Shown: positions 1 through 8,853 of the stretch, piece by piece
Layout: each line of letters begins with the position of its first letter
Numbering within the stretch: the first letter of the stretch is position 1
NCBI GenBank assembly: GCA_029565735.1
Contig: JAKQNO010000123.1
Coordinates: 2,474 to 66,473 of the forward strand
Direction: 5' to 3'
Source of the DNA: a bacterium
GTDB lineage: Bacteria > Oederibacteriota > PGYV01
DNA length: 64,000 nt
Program-made: the position numbers and the translations under genes
The notes under the pieces: generated by a model
What the model saw: the letters and a program-made list of their open reading frames with translations, nothing else
The model's database searches: none
Told to the model about the DNA's origin: nothing

Positions 1-41
1 TTTTCATTGGAAAGAAAAACAGAAAGCTGAACTATTTTCAT
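1..41 (-). CDS. ACT-domain protein, 5' end only (runs off window start)
   Basis: GGGAGG Shine-Dalgarno (SD) then ATG at 41, reading MKIVQLSVFLSNE. This resembles the xxQISVFLEN start of ACT proteins that commonly follow paaK. Confidence 0.75.
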   Translation of the reverse strand, partial: MKIVQLSVFLSNE

Positions 42-54
42 GATAGCCTCCCCA

Positions 55-1362
55 TTATAGGTTCCTCTTATCTATTATGCGTTTTGCCTTTCCTTCGCTT
101 CTGGCTATTGTCTTAGGCTCCATTAACTTCACTTTTACGCTTACACCAAGGACAGAATGAATTTCGTGCGCGATATCTTTTTCTGTCTGTTCAAGGACTT
201 TTATTTCGTCGCTGAACATTTTTTCGTTCACTTCAACCTGCACTTCAAGCCTGTCCATGCCGTGTTCCGGCCTGTCCACAATAATCTGATAGTGCGGCTC
301 CACGCCTTTAAACTTCATTATAACCATCTCTATTTCAGACGGGAATACATTAACCCCCCTTATTATAAGCATATCATCCGTCCTGCCGCTTACCCTTTCC
401 ATCCTTACAAGGCCGCGTCCGCATTTGCACGGTTCGGGAATTAATCTTGTGATATCACGGGTGCGGTATCTTAATAACGGAATCGCCTCTTTTGTTATGG
501 TTGTAAAAACAAGTTCGCCTTTTTCCCCGGGCTTTACAGGTTCGCCGGTTTCGGGATTTATTATTTCCGGAATAAAGTGGTCTTCATATACGTGAAGACC
601 GTGCTTTTGCAGGCATTCATTGGCAACGCCGGGGCCTATTATTTCGCTTAGACCGTAAATATCAACAGCATCAATTCCCCACGCGTCTTCTATTTCTTTT
701 CTCATATTTTCCGACCACGGCTCCGCGCCGAATATGCCGGCTTTTAATTTTATGTCTTTTCTTGAAATCTCCGGCGTTTCTTTTAATGTTTCCGCAAGGT
801 TTAAAGCGTAAGAAGGCGTGCAGGTAAGGATTGTGGAGCCAAAGTCCTTCATTATTTTTAACTGCCTCTGCGAGTTTCCGCCCGAAACCGGGATAACTGT
901 CGCGCCAAGTTTTTCCGCGCCGTAATGGACTCCAAGTCCGCCCGTAAAAAGGCCGTAACCGTAAGCGTTGTGTATCATATCGCCGGGGGTTCCGCCGGCC
1001 ATTGCAATTGACCTTGCCATTACCGTTGCCCAGACATCTATGTCATTTTTTGTGTATCCGACAACGGTCATTTTACCCGTGGTCCCCGAAGACGCGTGTA
1101 TCCTTACCACGTCTTTTTGCGGCGCGGAAAACATGCCGTAAGGGTAGTCGTTATCGCGCAGATCTGTTTTATATGTAAAAGGCAGCCTGACAATATCATC
1201 AACGCTTTTTATATCCGAAGGCTTTACTCCAAGGTCATCCATTTTTTTCTTATAAAATTTATTGTTATTATAAACACGTTCCACAGTCTTAACAAGCCTT
1301 TCTGACTGAAGCGCCTTTAACTGTTCTCTTGAATATGACTCTTCCGCGGAATAATAATTCAT
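55..1362 (-). CDS. paaK: Phenylacetate--CoA ligase family protein
   Basis: Motifs [55 protein letters not shown]. Confidence 0.93.
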   Translation of the reverse strand: MNYYSAEESYSREQLKALQSERLVKTVERVYNNNKFYKKKMDDLGVKPSDIKSVDDIVRLPFTYKTDLRDNDYPYGMFSAPQKDVVRIHASSGTTGKMTVVGYTKNDIDVWATVMARSIAMAGGTPGDMIHNAYGYGLFTGGLGVHYGAEKLGATVIPVSGGNSQRQLKIMKDFGSTILTCTPSYALNLAETLKETPEISRKDIKLKAGIFGAEPWSENMRKEIEDAWGIDAVDIYGLSEIIGPGVANECLQKHGLHVYEDHFIPEIINPETGEPVKPGEKGELVFTTITKEAIPLLRYRTRDITRLIPEPCKCGRGLVRMERVSGRTDDMLIIRGVNVFPSEIEMVIMKFKGVEPHYQIIVDRPEHGMDRLEVQVEVNEKMFSDEIKVLEQTEKDIAHEIHSVLGVSVKVKLMEPKTIARSEGKAKRIIDKRNL

Positions 1363-1928
1363 TTAACAAGCTCCTTTCCCTTTAAAAACGCCTTAACATT
1401 TTCATCCGTATATTTGCCGACGCGTTTTGTAAACGCCTCCCTGAAATCATTTTCGTTAAAATCAAGATACGCGCATAAAGCGCCTGTCATTACAGAACTT
1501 ACAAATTTTATATTGCCGCCTTCTTTAGCCGCGGCAATCGCGTCAATATATTTTACATGCGGATGCTTAAAAACACCCTTTACGTCAGGATATTCCTGCT
1601 TTGAAAAAGCAAAAGAAGCGGGTTTAATCTGCTGTGTGTTCACAATAACTTTGGTTGAAGGGTTAATATAATCCTGCCAGCGCAGTATTTCCATTTCCTC
1701 AAAAGACGCAAGAAAATCAACCTCTTCCTTAAGCGGAAGCGGCGAATAGACCTTATCGCCGTAGCGGACAAAACTGTATACCACGCCGCCGCGCTGTGAC
1801 ATTCCGTGAATTTCTGATTTTTTTACGTCGTGACCCTTTGCAAGCGCCATATCGGAAATGATATCAGAACTGCTTACGATTCCCTGCCCTCCGACGCCGA
1901 CAAGGAGTATGTTCATAATTTTAGCCAA
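1359..1928 (-). CDS. iorB: Indolepyruvate:ferredoxin oxidoreductase beta subunit
   Basis: GVGGQG and [13 protein letters not shown] motifs; TTG start after GGAGG; overlaps the paaK start. Confidence 0.9.
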   Translation of the reverse strand: MAKIMNILLVGVGGQGIVSSSDIISDMALAKGHDVKKSEIHGMSQRGGVVYSFVRYGDKVYSPLPLKEEVDFLASFEEMEILRWQDYINPSTKVIVNTQQIKPASFAFSKQEYPDVKGVFKHPHVKYIDAIAAAKEGGNIKFVSSVMTGALCAYLDFNENDFREAFTKRVGKYTDENVKAFLKGKELVK

Positions 1929-1960
1929 AACCTGCCTCCATAAAATTAATAAATGTGATT

Positions 1961-1989
1961 ATTTTACAACAGGAAAAATGAAATGTAAA
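1961..1989 (-). promoter_or_regulatory. sigma70-type promoter of iorB-paaK
   Basis: TTTACA-17 nt-TAAAAT. Confidence 0.6.
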
Positions 1990-2072
1990 CAGATTATGGA
2001 CCTTGCTTTGCGTTTTTCCCGGCAGTCAATGTGATAATCTGCAATAGCGGAGTCGGCAAAGCCGAAAGTTTC

Positions 2073-2168
2073 AAGCTATAAGCAATTAGGCATTTAAGCA
2101 TAAGCGTAACAACTTTCGCAAACCAGCTTTCCACGATTACGCTTATGCTTATCTGCTTATAGCTTAAA
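2073..2168. repeat. TAAGC-periodic inverted repeat, copy 1
   Basis: Perfect 15-bp IR (2095-2109 / 2137-2151) and perfect 12-bp IR (2073-2084 / 2154-2165). Confidence 0.9.
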
Positions 2169-2186
2169 CAGCTTATCTTTCAGCCT

Positions 2187-3074
2187 TCACACCGCCCCTT
2201 TTTTCATTACCGCCTTTGCGCCTTTGGCGTTAGCGAAAGAAGCAATTTCACGCAGGTGTTTTTCATCCAGGCAAAGCCCTTTTCCCGTCTTATCAACCAT
2301 AAACAGCACGCCTGCAATAAACGCATCGCCCGCGCCTGTTGTGTCAATTGCCTTGACTTTAATACCGGGCGAGTGAAAAAACACATCACCAAACTTAACA
2401 TAACACCCGTTTTTACCCGCGCTGATAAATACAAGCTGATCCTCCCGAAACACGCCCTTTATGCCCTTCTTATCCGGAGTTTTGCCAAACAGAAATTTAA
2501 GTTCTGTGTCGCTTATCTTTATAATATCAGCGTATTTAAAATACTTTTTTATGTGCTTTTTTGCGGCATCATGCCTGCCTTCCCACAGATTAAGGCGCAC
2601 ATTCGGGTCATAGGAAACTATTTTGCCGTACTTTTTTGCAAGCTTAACGCCTTTTAATGTGGCGGCACCGTTATTCTTATACATTGTGCTGATAGAACCA
2701 AAATGCAGGATAGAACATTTTTTAATTACGCTTTCTTTTATTTCAGAAGGCATAAGCATTGTATCGGCAGAAGGATGTCCGTAAAAGGTAAAATCGCGCT
2801 CCCCGGATTTATCAAGAAATACAAAAACAAGGCCCGTCTTATAACCTTTGATTTTGTAAACACAGGACACGTCCACGTGATTTGATTTTACAAAACCGGT
2901 AAGAAAGCGGCCAAGAAAATCATCACCTGTTTTTGAAATTATCGCGGAGTCAGCGCCCCACCGCGCAAGGTTAACAGCCACATTTGAAGGCGCGCCGCCC
3001 GGCCGCAGTATATGGCCTTTGCCTTCAGGCACAAAATCCGCAAGTATCTCGCCTATACAGATTATTTTGGGCAT
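2187..3074 (-). CDS. PfkB-family carbohydrate kinase (fructokinase-like)
   Basis: GGAPSNVA, YDPNVR and DTTGAGDAF signatures. Confidence 0.92.
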   Translation of the reverse strand: MPKIICIGEILADFVPEGKGHILRPGGAPSNVAVNLARWGADSAIISKTGDDFLGRFLTGFVKSNHVDVSCVYKIKGYKTGLVFVFLDKSGERDFTFYGHPSADTMLMPSEIKESVIKKCSILHFGSISTMYKNNGAATLKGVKLAKKYGKIVSYDPNVRLNLWEGRHDAAKKHIKKYFKYADIIKISDTELKFLFGKTPDKKGIKGVFREDQLVFISAGKNGCYVKFGDVFFHSPGIKVKAIDTTGAGDAFIAGVLFMVDKTGKGLCLDEKHLREIASFANAKGAKAVMKKGAV

Positions 3075-3144
3075 TAAGTATCCTTATATTGAATTGCCGT
3101 TTATAAAATAGCCATAGGGCGGTTACCCGGTCATCAGTTTCTAT

Positions 3145-3176
3145 CCCATAAACTGTTATCCCATATCCCATAGATA
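3145..3176. repeat. 32-bp TCCCATA module (second copy at 9987-10018)
   Basis: cccataaactgttatcccatatcccatagata, 31/32 identical to 9987-10018. Confidence 0.85.
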
Positions 3177-3186
3177 GAACAGCAGT

Positions 3187-3323
3187 TTAAGCTATAAGCA
3201 GTTAAGCAGAAGCGAAAGACAAACATCAGAACAAGATAGATTGAAACATAGACAAAAGATCAGCAAAAACGGCTCAATCTATAAATAATTTTCCCCGCTT
3301 ATGCTTAATTGCCTATAGCTTAA
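3187..3323. repeat. TAAGC-periodic inverted repeat, copy 2
   Basis: Arms 3187-3214 and 3296-3323 are 25/28 complementary. Confidence 0.88.
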
Positions 3324-3347
3324 TTCGCTTTCTTTCCAAATCAACTT

Positions 3348-3372
3348 CCGCGGGCTAAAGACCCGCGGCTAC
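3348..3372 (-). repeat. GTAG-footed REP-like palindrome, family A
   Basis: GTAG CCGCGGG TCTTTAG CCCGCGG; 24/25 identical to 10058-10082. Confidence 0.8.
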
Positions 3373-3402
3373 CAGATCCAGACCGTACGCCGAGCTGCCG
3401 CC

Positions 3403-4623
3403 CTACCTGAACGTATGCTTTGACTCTTCCGCCACCCATTTTGTTTTCATGGCAATCATAAGTTCTTCATTGGTCGGAATTACCATTACTTTTACTTTGC
3501 CTTTGCTTATTGTCTTCTCTTTTTCTTTTGATTCATTCTTGGCGTCATCAATTTTTATGCCAAGGAAGCCAAGAGATTCGCAGACTTCTTTTCTGATTGC
3601 AACGGCGTTTTCGCCGATTCCGCCCGTAAATACAACCGCGTCAAGGCCGCCCATAGCGGCTGCATACGCGCCTATATATTTTGTGATTCTGTAGCAGAAT
3701 ATGTCTATAGCAAATTTAGCCCTTGCGTTATCATTCCTGGCAGCTTCCATAATTTCCCTTAAATCGTTAGAAACGCCGGATATGCCTTTAAGCCCGCTTT
3801 TTTTATTCAAAAGGTTGTCCATTCCGTCGGCATCAAGATGTTCTTTTTTCATTAAAAAAGTAACAACAGCCGGGTCCATATCGCCTGTCCTTGTGCCCAT
3901 TACAAGGCCTTCAAGCGGAGTAAAGCCCATTGATGTGTCAAAAGACTGTCCGCCGTTTACAGCTGTTATGCTTGCTCCATTGCCAAGGTGGCATGTGATA
4001 ATTTTTGTCTTTTTTATATCTTTCTTTAAAAGTTCCGCGGCCCTTTTGGACACATACTCATGCGAAGTTCCGTGGAAACCGTATTTTCTTACGTGGTACC
4101 TTTCATAAAGCTCATATGGCAGGCCGTATATGTACGCCTGTTTTGTCATGGTCTGATGGAAAGCCGTGTCAAAAACAGCCACCTGCGGAACGTCCTTGAA
4201 TATCTTTTCGCACACTTCAATACCCGCCATGTTAGGCGGATTATGCAAAGGCGCTATTTCAAAACAGTCTGTAATTACCTCTTTAACACCCTTTGTAATA
4301 AGGGCGGATTTGCTGAATTTTTCCCCGCCGTGAACGACCCTGTGGCCTACCGCATCAACCTCTATTTTGTCCTTAAAAAGCCCTGTTTTCGGGTCAATTA
4401 AGGCTTTTTCAACGGCTTCAACAGCTGCGGTATGGTTTTCCGCTTTAATTTCTTTTACAACTTTTTCATCCTTTTTCATTTTATGCGTTTTAAAATTGAA
4501 TTTTGATTTTTCTTTGCCTATCTCTTCAATGACGCCTTCAGCTAAAAGCACATTGTTCTTTTCCATGTCAAACAGCTTGAATTTCAGCGATGAACTTCCG
4601 CAGTTGATAACCATAACTTTCAT
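3403..4623 (-). CDS. ackA: Acetate kinase
   Basis: INCGSSSLK, GHRVVHGG, APLHNP, YGFHGTSH, HLGNGAS, FTGGIGEN, PTNEE. Confidence 0.97.
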   Translation of the reverse strand: MKVMVINCGSSSLKFKLFDMEKNNVLLAEGVIEEIGKEKSKFNFKTHKMKKDEKVVKEIKAENHTAAVEAVEKALIDPKTGLFKDKIEVDAVGHRVVHGGEKFSKSALITKGVKEVITDCFEIAPLHNPPNMAGIEVCEKIFKDVPQVAVFDTAFHQTMTKQAYIYGLPYELYERYHVRKYGFHGTSHEYVSKRAAELLKKDIKKTKIITCHLGNGASITAVNGGQSFDTSMGFTPLEGLVMGTRTGDMDPAVVTFLMKKEHLDADGMDNLLNKKSGLKGISGVSNDLREIMEAARNDNARAKFAIDIFCYRITKYIGAYAAAMGGLDAVVFTGGIGENAVAIRKEVCESLGFLGIKIDDAKNESKEKEKTISKGKVKVMVIPTNEELMIAMKTKWVAEESKHTFR

Positions 4624-4648
4624 ATTATTACCTCCGGTATATTATTTT

Positions 4649-5653
4649 TTATTTGTGGTTCTGAAGCCTTACAACGTTGATTGCGGTTACATTAATAATA
4701 TCGCTTGCCTTGCAGCCGCGCGATAAATCGCTGCACGGCCTTGCAGTGCCCTGATAAATAGGGCCGTAAGCTTCGGCTTTTGCAAGCCTTTCGGTAAGTT
4801 TATACGCTATATTGCCTGAATCAAGGTCGGGAAATATAAGGACATTTGCCTGCCCCGCAACCGAGGAACCGGGGGCTTTTTTGGCGCCTACAGCCGGTAT
4901 TAACGCGGCGTCGCCCTGCATTTCGCCGTCTATCATCATTGACGGGTCTTTCTGTTTTGCAAGTTCCATTGCCTTAATAACCTTATCTATCCTTGCGTGT
5001 TTGGCGCTTCCTTTTGTGGAAAATGAAAGCATTGCCACTTTTGGTTCTTCTCCCATTAATTCCCTGTATGTATTTCCTGTTGTGACCGCAATGTCAGAAA
5101 GCTGGTTTTCATCAGGGTCAATTACAAATCCGCCGTCCGAATAAAACAGCACGCCGTCTTTGCCGAAAGATTTATCCGGAAGTATCATTATGAAGAAACT
5201 GGAAAGCGTTTTAATTCCGGGTTTCATGCCGATAAGATATATGGCGGCCCTTGAAACGTCAGAAGTGGTGTTAACCGCGCCTGCAACAAACGTATCTACA
5301 ACGCCTTTTTTTACCATCATCGCGCCGTAATAGACGTCTTTTTTCATAATTTCCATTGCCTGTTCCGGGGTGACGCCTTTGGCTTTTCTCATTTCATAAA
5401 ATTCATTTGCGTATTCCTTAATATCAGGCAGGTTTGCAAGGTCAAGTATTTTAACCCCGTCAAGTTTAAGATTTTTATTTTTTGCTATTTCCTTTATCTT
5501 ATCCGGATTTCCCAGGATGGTTATGTCCGCAATCTTCATCTCCGCGCACTTTGCCGCGGCTTCCACTGTTCTTTCATCATTTCCTTCCGGAAGAACCACT
5601 TTTTTCGGGTCTTTTTTTGCTTTTTCGAACACTTGTTCCATGAATGATGCCAT
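4649..5653 (-). CDS. pta: Phosphate acetyltransferase
   Basis: VVLPEG, AMLSFSTKGSA, DGEMQGDAA, FPDLDSGNIAYK, DLSRG; adjacent to ackA. Confidence 0.96.
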   Translation of the reverse strand: MASFMEQVFEKAKKDPKKVVLPEGNDERTVEAAAKCAEMKIADITILGNPDKIKEIAKNKNLKLDGVKILDLANLPDIKEYANEFYEMRKAKGVTPEQAMEIMKKDVYYGAMMVKKGVVDTFVAGAVNTTSDVSRAAIYLIGMKPGIKTLSSFFIMILPDKSFGKDGVLFYSDGGFVIDPDENQLSDIAVTTGNTYRELMGEEPKVAMLSFSTKGSAKHARIDKVIKAMELAKQKDPSMMIDGEMQGDAALIPAVGAKKAPGSSVAGQANVLIFPDLDSGNIAYKLTERLAKAEAYGPIYQGTARPCSDLSRGCKASDIINVTAINVVRLQNHK

Positions 5654-5697
5654 TGTCTTCTCTCCTATTATGATATGATTGTTATAAAAACAAATTG

Positions 5698-5726
5698 ATT
5701 ATAAATCTGAAACAAGGTTTTGTAAA
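5698..5726 (-). promoter_or_regulatory. sigma70-type promoter of pta-ackA
   Basis: TTTACA-17 nt-TATAAT. Confidence 0.65.
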
Positions 5727-5747
5727 GAAAAAACGGGTAAAAAGGTT

Positions 5748-6011
5748 GTAAAACATAGCACTTTAACGTAAACATAGCACATTAGCGAATTGAGCAATTA
5801 AGCTATAACGTAAACATAATGCCTTTGTTTTCGCTAATGCTTATCTGCCTATAGCTTATAACGCTATTTTTTTGTCTTCGCTAATGCTTATCTGCTTATA
5901 GCTTAAATCGTTATATTTCTAGCTAATTCTTAATTGCCTATAGCTTATAACGCTATTTTTTATGCTTTCGCTTCTGCTTATCTGCCTATAGCTTAATCCG
6001 CTATGTTTTAC
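5748..6011. repeat. TAAGC-periodic element, copy 3: 12-bp terminal IR and four tandem ~40-bp units
   Basis: Ends GTAAAACATAGC / GCTATGTTTTAC; units start at 5832, 5879, 5921 and 5969. Confidence 0.9.
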
Positions 6012-6013
6012 GC

Positions 6014-6991
6014 CTATCCTAAAAACGGATTATCCTTCATAAGGTAGTTCTGAACATAATCCTTAACGCCCTCTTCAAGTGTGTGTATTTTTCCGTTAAA
6101 GCCCGCGGCGCGGATTTTGTCTGTTTTGGCCTCTGTAAAATACTGGTATTTTTCCCTGATAGATTCGGGCATGTCAATGTACTCTATATTAACAGGTTTA
6201 CCCATCGCGTTAAACGTGGCTTTTGCAAGGTCGGCAAAACTTCTTGCCTTCCCTGTGCCTGCGTTAAAGATTCCGGACAACCCTTTGTCATAAGCGTGCA
6301 GCGTCATGGCAACCGCGTCTTTAACATAAATAAAATCCCTTAACTGCCCGCCGTCTTCATAACCTTTTTTGTGGGATTTGAAAAGCTGAATCTTGCCTGT
6401 CGCGTTTATCTGGCAAAACGCTTTATGCACAACGCTTCTCATGTCGTCTTTATGGTATTCATTTGGGCCGAACACATTAAAAAACTTTATGCCCGCCATC
6501 TTTGATATGATTCCGCTTCTTAAAGCCCAAAGGTCCATAAGCTGTTTGGAATAACCGTACATATTAAGAGGCCTTAATGATTCAATCTTTTCGTGCGCGT
6601 CGTCAAAACCCTGCGCGCCGTCGCCGTATGTGGCGGCAGAACTTGCGTAAACAAACTTCTTGCCGTACTTTGCGCACCACTTGCCTGTGACCTGGGTGTA
6701 TTTGTAATTGTTTTCAATAAGGAAAGACGCGTCTTTTTCCGTGGTCGCGCTGCACGCGCCCATGTGAATTACGCCTTCCAAAGAGTCACGAAGAAGTTTA
6801 TCGTCATATACCACGCGCTTGATGAAACTCTCTTTTTCTTCATAATCCGAGAATTTAAGCCCGTTTAAATTTTTCCACTTTTCATCCGTACCAAGCTCAT
6901 CCACCACGTGAATATCCGTAATCCCCCGCCGGTTAAGCTCCCAAATTATCGTGCTTCCTATAAATCCCGCTCCGCCTGTTACCGCTATCAT
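6014..6991 (-). CDS. rfaD: ADP-L-glycero-D-manno-heptose 6-epimerase
   Basis: TGGAGFIGS, HMGACSATTE, YASSAATYG, YGYSK, FFNVFGPNEYHK, KYQYFTEA. Confidence 0.95.
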   Translation of the reverse strand: MIAVTGGAGFIGSTIIWELNRRGITDIHVVDELGTDEKWKNLNGLKFSDYEEKESFIKRVVYDDKLLRDSLEGVIHMGACSATTEKDASFLIENNYKYTQVTGKWCAKYGKKFVYASSAATYGDGAQGFDDAHEKIESLRPLNMYGYSKQLMDLWALRSGIISKMAGIKFFNVFGPNEYHKDDMRSVVHKAFCQINATGKIQLFKSHKKGYEDGGQLRDFIYVKDAVAMTLHAYDKGLSGIFNAGTGKARSFADLAKATFNAMGKPVNIEYIDMPESIREKYQYFTEAKTDKIRAAGFNGKIHTLEEGVKDYVQNYLMKDNPFLG

Positions 6992-7160
6992 AATATTCCT
7001 CCTGGTTATTTAATAATTTTAATTATTATACAACAAAGTGTGTTTTTGTTCTATTATTTCGTGGAATGATACGGAGGGTCGTAAGGTCGGAGGGTCGTAA
7101 GTAAAACCTCAACTGGGCAGCTGGGCAAAGACAAAAAATCGGAGAGTTGGTTTAGGTTTG

Positions 7161-7224
7161 ATAGACGCGGTCTTAATACCGCGAGTTTTTCCATCAATTG
7201 TAGAGGCGCAACATGTTGCGCCTC
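7161..7224 (+). repeat. Two REP-like palindromes (degenerate family A and family B)
   Basis: ATAG ACGCGGT CTTAAT ACCGCG at 7161; GTAG at 7200 overlapping the perfect palindrome GAGGCGCAACATGTTGCGCCTC (7203-7224). Confidence 0.75.
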
Positions 7225-7383
7225 GTTTTTAGAGACAGCGATTTAATTATCAGATATAGATTAAGCAAAAATACGCGCCTTAAAAGATGCTGCTGCGAAA
7301 ATCGCTTTATTTACAAACAAATGCGAGAAACCCTATATTTTATTAGCATTTATTTTAACAATGTCACGAGTCAAGGCACGGTG

Positions 7384-7644
7384 TCAGTTTATTTTAAAAA
7401 CTATTTCTCCGTTCTCATCCTCGCTTATTGCAGCTCCTAAAGGAAAGAATGGATAGTAATTATTATTTTGTTCAAAATCTTTTGAATCTACATTTTCACT
7501 TCTAGCGTTCCATGTATTACATTTCCATTCACAATCTCTATAAGTTTCTGCATTCTTTTTTATTGCATTACCATCTAAAGCATAAATTAACGATGGTAAA
7601 AATGATAAAATAAAAAAAATTAATCGCTTTTGGCTTATAGACAT
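7384..7644 (-). pseudogene. Probable truncated 5' fragment of a secreted protein
   Basis: Signal peptide (KRLIFFILSFLPSLIYA) plus about 65 aa; starts immediately after the upstream stop codon; AT-rich; ends abruptly. Confidence 0.5.
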
Positions 7645-8853
7645 TTACTTTCTCCTTGAAACTTTTAAAACTCTAACCATACCAATACAGTTGATTTGAT
7701 TTTTACAACAAATATTTTCAAAAAAGTACAAATCTCCGTCTTTGTTGAATATCATGCTTTCTTGCCAGTTCATCAATAACGGCTCCGGACGATTTTCACA
7801 ATCATCCCTCCATTTATCTTCAACTCTATATTTCCAATCTCTTATTACGCCTAACATTTTGCCACAAGGTGAAACTTTATAAAAACCACGTTCATTCCCT
7901 TTCATCCCCACGGATTTAAAATATACATTTTGAAATCTATCTATATATATAAACGTAATGCTTTTTACCGAAGGAGAATTTTGAACAACTCTAAACTCAC
8001 AGGACTCAGATTTAACATTAAAAACTGTCGGATATATTTCTTTAACCATTACGTTTAATGTATTTCTCGAGCCTTTTAGATTGTCTGTATTTTGTTGTAA
8101 ATCTTTCCTTTTTATAATATCGCTTGGATCAATATACATAATCGCTTCTCTGGCACTTTGTCCGTCTGATTTTTCAGGAATGTTTATCTTTTGCTTCACT
8201 CTACCTTTTTCATCAATTTTTTCTATTGTGTTTTTGATAGTATTAATAATATATATTTCTCCCAAATATACTTCAAATTCATCTATCATTGAGTCAGCAA
8301 TCCAGTGGTCACCCTGCAAATGAGCTTTTCTGGTATTATCAAAAGGAATATCAATCAGGTGTTTACCGTCGCTATTGAATTTCTGTATTCTTCCCATGTA
8401 AGGATCAAAAATATAAATAAAGCCATTTTCATCAATTTTTACATCAATATCCTGCTTTAAATCATCATCATTCAAATAAGCAAAATAGACTTTTTTCTCC
8501 AATTTCGCTTTATTAGCCTTTATATAATCCAGTTCCAGTATCGGGGCTTCGAGGATTACTTTTGCTTCGTACTTTTCCGGCAGTTTGTTTTCATCCACTT
8601 CCGACAGGTTAATTGTCACAACCTTTGTCCCGTCTTCTTTATATTCTGTCACAACCCCGGGAGACTGGATTTCGGTTTTGACGGTTTTAGATTCAACCGT
8701 CGCTGCGCCGCTGTCAGCTGTCACCGTGGAAACAGCAACAACAGGCGTTGATTCTGCCTGCGCGGTTTGGGTTACACCATTTTTTCCCTGCGCAAACAAC
8801 AGACCTGCTGATATTACGCCTATAATATAAACCGTTAAAAGTATTTTTTTCAT
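7645..8853 (-). CDS. Exported hypothetical protein with NHL/beta-propeller-like blades
   Basis: Signal peptide MKKILL...LLFA after SD GGAGG; blade-like IKIDENGFIYIFDPYMGRIQKFNSDGK; ATGA overlap with the upstream gene. Confidence 0.7.
   Translation of the reverse strand: MKKILLTVYIIGVISAGLLFAQGKNGVTQTAQAESTPVVAVSTVTADSGAATVESKTVKTEIQSPGVVTEYKEDGTKVVTINLSEVDENKLPEKYEAKVILEAPILELDYIKANKAKLEKKVYFAYLNDDDLKQDIDVKIDENGFIYIFDPYMGRIQKFNSDGKHLIDIPFDNTRKAHLQGDHWIADSMIDEFEVYLGEIYIINTIKNTIEKIDEKGRVKQKINIPEKSDGQSAREAIMYIDPSDIIKRKDLQQNTDNLKGSRNTLNVMVKEIYPTVFNVKSESCEFRVVQNSPSVKSITFIYIDRFQNVYFKSVGMKGNERGFYKVSPCGKMLGVIRDWKYRVEDKWRDDCENRPEPLLMNWQESMIFNKDGDLYFFENICCKNQINCIGMVRVLKVSRRK

Noticed and set aside
1952..1969. 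Rex site at the iorB promoter
   Set aside because: TGT-N9-ACA spacing is one base short of the Rex geometry.
5832..6011. CRISPR-like array
   Set aside because: Units are imperfect, separated by only a few nucleotides, have no unique spacers, and no cas genes are present.
7360..7392. TGTCACGAGTCAAGGCACGGTGTCA as an IS end at the truncation point
   Set aside because: No partner inverted repeat, target duplication or transposase remnant could be identified; not assignable without an ISfinder search.
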